From positions 2,400,001 to 2,432,000 of the forward strand of contig NC_009664.2 in the NCBI RefSeq assembly GCF_000017305.1: 32,000 nucleotides of DNA, given 5' to 3'. The stretch comes from Kineococcus radiotolerans SRS30216 = ATCC BAA-149 (GTDB lineage Bacteria; Actinomycetota; Actinomycetes; Actinomycetales; Kineococcaceae). Under the pieces are notes generated by a model. The model was not told the DNA's origin. It was given only the letters and a program-made list of their open reading frames with translations, and ran no database searches. Made by a program: the position numbers and the translations under genes. Positions 28,848 through 32,000 of the stretch are shown in pieces (position 1 is the stretch's first letter; each line of letters starts with the position of its first letter).

Positions 28848-29912
28848 TCAGGGGACCGGCGAACCCGCGGCGAGGAAGTCGTAGAGCCCCGCCCGCCGCC
28901 ACAGCGGCGTCCCCGCCGGCGCGGCCCCGTACAGGCTGCGGGCGGTGGCCCGCACCCGTTCCGTCTCCACCGGCCACCGCAGGGGTGCTGCGATCGCGGC
29001 CAGGTCCGCCTCGGGACGGCCCAGCGCGGCGCGCACGTGGTCCAGCGCGGGCAGCGAGGCGAGCTTGTCGCCGTTGCAGCGCGGGTCGGCGACGACGAGG
29101 TTGCGCACCCCGTCGATCGCGACGCGCGACCAGGGCAGGACGTGGTCGACGTGCACCTGGGCGGGCAGGGGTGCCGCGCAGTAGAAGCAGCGTCCGTCCT
29201 GGTGCGCGCGCAGGCCCGGGGCGAGGCGCGCCACGGCGGTGCGCTCGGCGCCGAAGAGGAACCCGTGCAGGTCGGGCACGTCGAGCTCGTCGCGGTTCAT
29301 CCGCTGCACGTCCTCGACCCACCACTGCTGCACGACCGGTTGCAGCATCGGCGCCACCCGCCGCAGCGCCGTCGACACCCCGGGGAACAGCTCGACGCTC
29401 CAGGCGTGCGCGTCGAGCGCGGCGACGGTCACCTTCTTGCTGAGCCAGGTGTCGTCGTAGAGGAACGCCACGCCGGGTTCGCGGCCGCCGGAGCGTTGCA
29501 GCGCGGACAGCGGCTGCTGCGCGAGGACGATCGCGAGCGCGCGTCGCGTTCGCTGCCACGTCGCGGGTTCCGCGGCTCGCAGCTGCGCCGGGGTGGACAG
29601 CCCGCGCCGTTCGGCGAGGGCGCGCAGCTCCCGGACGGTGTCGACGACGGTGGTCCCGCGTCCCGCCTGCTCGTTCTGCCGCAGCAGGCCCACCCGGCCG
29701 AAGGCGCGGACCTGCGGCCAGTAGGCCTCGACGACCCGGTCGGCCAGGTCGGGGATCGGCACCCTCGCGGGGGCGTCGTCGGTGACGGGGTGCTCCAGGC
29801 AGTGCTGGACGAGGGCGTTGAGCACGGCGAGCTTGTACGTGGAGACGCGCCGGCCGGTGGCGAGGAGCTGCGCGGTGCGCGCCCCGAGGTCGAGGGCGTC
29901 GATCGGGGCCAC
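28848..29912 (-). CDS. HNH endonuclease with large unassigned N-terminal region (354 aa)
   Basis: HNH/beta-beta-alpha-Me core near the C-terminus: GRCFYCAAPLPAQVHVDHVLPWSRVAIDGVRNLVVADPRCNGDKLASLP. GTG start at 29912 (355 codons). The first ~250 aa (STYKLAVLNALVQHCLEH..., AFLYDDTWL, VVQQWWVEDVQRMN) match nothing I can name. The upstream part of the 533-aa ORF is shadow antisense to vsr. Confidence 0.8.
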   Translation of the reverse strand: MAPIDALDLGARTAQLLATGRRVSTYKLAVLNALVQHCLEHPVTDDAPARVPIPDLADRVVEAYWPQVRAFGRVGLLRQNEQAGRGTTVVDTVRELRALAERRGLSTPAQLRAAEPATWQRTRRALAIVLAQQPLSALQRSGGREPGVAFLYDDTWLSKKVTVAALDAHAWSVELFPGVSTALRRVAPMLQPVVQQWWVEDVQRMNRDELDVPDLHGFLFGAERTAVARLAPGLRAHQDGRCFYCAAPLPAQVHVDHVLPWSRVAIDGVRNLVVADPRCNGDKLASLPALDHVRAALGRPEADLAAIAAPLRWPVETERVRATARSLYGAAPAGTPLWRRAGLYDFLAAGSPVP

Positions 29913-29975
29913 GGGTCGACGGTAGCTGTGGACGGCGGGCCGGGGCGGGTCCGGGGACGCGCGTACGGTGCGGCG

Positions 29976-30434
29976 GTGAGCGCGTGGGAGGAACCCGGCC
30001 CCGCCCCACCGCCGTCGAACCCCAACGCGTCCGCGATCATGCGCCGCACCGGCCGGAAGGACACCCGCCCGGAACTCGCCCTGCGCCGGGAACTGCACCG
30101 CCGCGGCCTGCGCTACCTCGTCGACGCCACCCCGCCGGGCACGAACCGCCGCCGGCGCGCGGACCTCGTCTTCCGCGGCGCCCGGGTCGCGGTGTTCGTC
30201 GACGGCTGCTTCTGGCACTCCTGTCCCGTCCACGTGCACCGGCCGAAGGCGAACGCGGGGTGGTGGCGGGTGAAGCTGGCCAGCATCACCGCCCGCGACC
30301 GCGACACCGACGCGGTGCTCGCGGCCGCGGGGTGGTGCGTGGTGCGGGTGTGGGAGCACGAACGCCCCGTCGCGGCGGCCGACCGGGTGCACGGTCTCGT
30401 GCACGCGCGTCGCGGGCGGCACCGGCGACCCTGA
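29976..30434 (+). CDS. vsr: Very short patch repair (Vsr) endonuclease
   Basis: Aligns by eye to E. coli Vsr across the whole core: SAIMRRTGRKDTRPELALRRELHRRGLRY, catalytic-Asp block RRADLVF, zinc/His cluster VFVDGCFWHSCPVH, ITARDRDTD, GWCVVRVWEHE. The family N-terminal S..MR motif lies upstream of ATG 30039, so GTG 29976 is preferred. Confidence 0.88.
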   Translation: MSAWEEPGPAPPPSNPNASAIMRRTGRKDTRPELALRRELHRRGLRYLVDATPPGTNRRRRADLVFRGARVAVFVDGCFWHSCPVHVHRPKANAGWWRVKLASITARDRDTDAVLAAAGWCVVRVWEHERPVAAADRVHGLVHARRGRHRRP

Positions 30435-30461
30435 GGCCGCCGGCGCCACCCCCGGCGGGGT

Positions 30462-32000
30462 TCAGCCGTCCTCGCGCGACGGGCCGGTGGCGATCACCGC
30501 CTTCGGGATCACGCCGTTGCGCGGGAGTTCCGGCGTGCTGGCCGGGGGCAGGCGGTGCTCGGTGGCCTGCTCGTAGTCGTAGGCCATCGCGAGCAGGGTC
30601 GCGTCGGTGGAGCGGGGCGCGGCGAGTTCCAGCCCGACGGGCAGACCCGCGGCGGTGAACCCGGCGGGCAGGGAGATCGTCGGGATCCCGGTGTTCGCGC
30701 CGACGTCGCAGAACGTCGTGCCCGCCCAGTCCGGGTTCGCGGGCGCCTCGGAGGTGGGCATGGCCAGCGCGTCCAGGTCGTGCTCCACGAAGAACGCATC
30801 CATCGCCACCTTCCCGGCCTCCTGCGCCGCGACGGCGGCGTCGTAGTCGGGGTTGGGGACGTCGGCCAGGGCCAGCCAGGAGTCGATGGTCGCCTGGTCC
30901 AGGGAGGACTTCCCGTCGGCGACGACGTCGGAGAACGTCAGCCGGTCGGTGGGGGCGGTGAGCTCGGCCAGACCCGCGGGCCACTGCGCCTCCGTCGCGG
31001 CGAAGAACGCGTCGACGCTGGGGCGCATGTCGATCCAGCCCCCGCTGGCGAGCTGCTGCTGCACGAACTCGCGGGTGAACGGGACGTCGACGATCTCCGC
31101 GCCCTGGGCGGCGAGGTCGTCCACGGCGCGGTCGACGATCGCGGTGACCTCCTCGGTGCCCGGCCGCGGCCCCTCGGGGGTGGCGGTCGAGTAGTCCCAG
31201 TGGAAGGTGCCGATCCGCTTGCCCTGCAACGCGGTGTCGCTGAGCCCGGGGACGAAGGTGGCCGGGTCCTGCTCGGCGGCGATCGCGGTCTGCGGGTCGG
31301 CGGGGTCGACCCCGGCGAGGACGCTGCCGAGCAGGGCGGCGTCTTCCACTGTCGTGGTCATCGGCCCGGACACGTCCTGGCGCACCGACAGCGGCACGAT
31401 CCCGGCGACGCTGGTCAGGCCCATCGTGGGGCGGTAGCCGACGAGGCTCTGGTGGGCGCTGGGCCCGATGATCGATCCGCAGGAGTCCGTCCCGAGGCCC
31501 GCGGCGGCGAAGCCCGCGGCGATCGCCGCGCCGGTGCCGCCGCTGGAGCCGGACGCGCTGACGTCCTGGTCGTAGGGGTTGTGGGTCTCCCCGCGCACCG
31601 AGGACAGCGTGTACGTGCCGTGCCAGGCGAACTCGGCCATGTTCGTCTTGCCGACGATGATCGCTCCGGCGTCGCGCAGGCGTTCCACCGCGGTGGAGTC
31701 CTCGGTGGTCTGGTAGTCGGCGAGCGCCTCGCTGCCCGCCGACGTCGGCATGTCGTAGGTGGCGTAGTTGTCCTTCACCAGCACCGGCACCCCGTGCAGG
31801 GGCCCGCGGGAGATCCCGGCGGCGCGTTCGGCGTCGAGCAGGCGCGCGTTCTCCAGGGCGGTGGGGCTGACGGTGACGACGGCCTGCAGACCGGGCTGGT
31901 CGGCGTAGGCGTCGTCGTAGGCGGCGATGCGGTCCAGGTAGGCCTGGACCAGGTCCACCGAGGAGGTCTCCCCCGCGGCGAGGAGGCCCAGCTGGTCGGT
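30462..32000 (-). CDS. Amidase-signature family amidase (5' end outside window)
   Basis: AS signature SASGSSGGTGAAIAAGFAAAGLGTDSCGSIIGPSA with the catalytic Lys in VLVKDNY. The frame stays open past the listed M (31958) to the window edge (...LLAAGETSSVDLVQAYLDRI), so the gene is truncated by the window. Confidence 0.88.
   Translation of the reverse strand, partial: TDQLGLLAAGETSSVDLVQAYLDRIAAYDDAYADQPGLQAVVTVSPTALENARLLDAERAAGISRGPLHGVPVLVKDNYATYDMPTSAGSEALADYQTTEDSTAVERLRDAGAIIVGKTNMAEFAWHGTYTLSSVRGETHNPYDQDVSASGSSGGTGAAIAAGFAAAGLGTDSCGSIIGPSAHQSLVGYRPTMGLTSVAGIVPLSVRQDVSGPMTTTVEDAALLGSVLAGVDPADPQTAIAAEQDPATFVPGLSDTALQGKRIGTFHWDYSTATPEGPRPGTEEVTAIVDRAVDDLAAQGAEIVDVPFTREFVQQQLASGGWIDMRPSVDAFFAATEAQWPAGLAELTAPTDRLTFSDVVADGKSSLDQATIDSWLALADVPNPDYDAAVAAQEAGKVAMDAFFVEHDLDALAMPTSEAPANPDWAGTTFCDVGANTGIPTISLPAGFTAAGLPVGLELAAPRSTDATLLAMAYDYEQATEHRLPPASTPELPRNGVIPKAVIATGPSREDG

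Noticed and set aside
27468-30434. A 988-aa + strand ORF spanning the SDR, NERD and HNH loci
   Set aside because: Only its last ~152 aa (Vsr) look like protein. The rest is Arg/Pro/Gly/Ala shadow antisense to three well-supported minus-strand genes. The same applies to 25892-28024 (+) and 27994-30009 (-).
27939-30461. Mobile-element boundaries (integrase, transposase, att-like direct repeats, tRNA target) around the nuclease cluster
   Set aside because: No recombinase ORF, no flanking repeats that I could see, and native-like GC3. There is no support for calling it a mobile island from this window.

Overview
High-GC (about 72-75%) actinobacterial chromosomal segment. I cannot assign a genus without a database search. 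The centre of the window holds a complete rrn operon (16S 11125-12645, 23S 13248-16400, 5S 16595-16717, + strand) with candidate promoters and conserved leader and spacer elements. No tRNA is visible in either spacer. The left flank is ordinary: an MFS transporter fragment, a standalone BRCT mini-protein, an APC amino-acid permease, a Bcr/CflA-type MFS gene whose stop overlaps the start of an M13 (PepO-like) metallopeptidase, a 7TM-PAS-GGDEF diguanylate cyclase and a roughly 900-aa GH63-like glycosidase. The right flank carries a type III glutamine synthetase, a DUF808 membrane protein, a NitT/TauT (Ssu-like) ABC transporter, a DEDDh exonuclease, a Cys/His-containing hypothetical protein, a tail-anchored SDR with a start/stop-overlapping small ORF, and an amidase-signature enzyme that runs off the right end. 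Two regions deserve a second look. The first is 27.9-30.4 kb, where three different nuclease folds sit together: a membrane-anchored NERD protein, an HNH protein with a roughly 250-aa domain I cannot assign, and an intact Vsr endonuclease with no cytosine methyltransferase anywhere in the window. The second is a two-gene cassette just downstream of the rrn operon: a 93-aa WXG100/EspC-like protein with a C-terminal YxxxE motif, followed by an ADP-ribosylglycohydrolase-like protein in which the canonical acidic metal-ligand motifs appear to be replaced. Between that cassette and the 5S gene lie an unusually long hairpin (about 41 bp of stem) and an antisense ORF resembling a decayed MNT-type nucleotidyltransferase. 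Identically spaced GTnAC-N6-GAAAC (GlnR-box-like) motifs occur about 81-98 bp upstream of both nitrogen-related genes, the permease and the GS-III gene. Most of the very long ORFs in the six-frame track are Arg/Pro/Gly/Ala-rich shadow frames typical of high-GC DNA, and I rejected them. All family calls come from motif recognition by eye. No searches were run.
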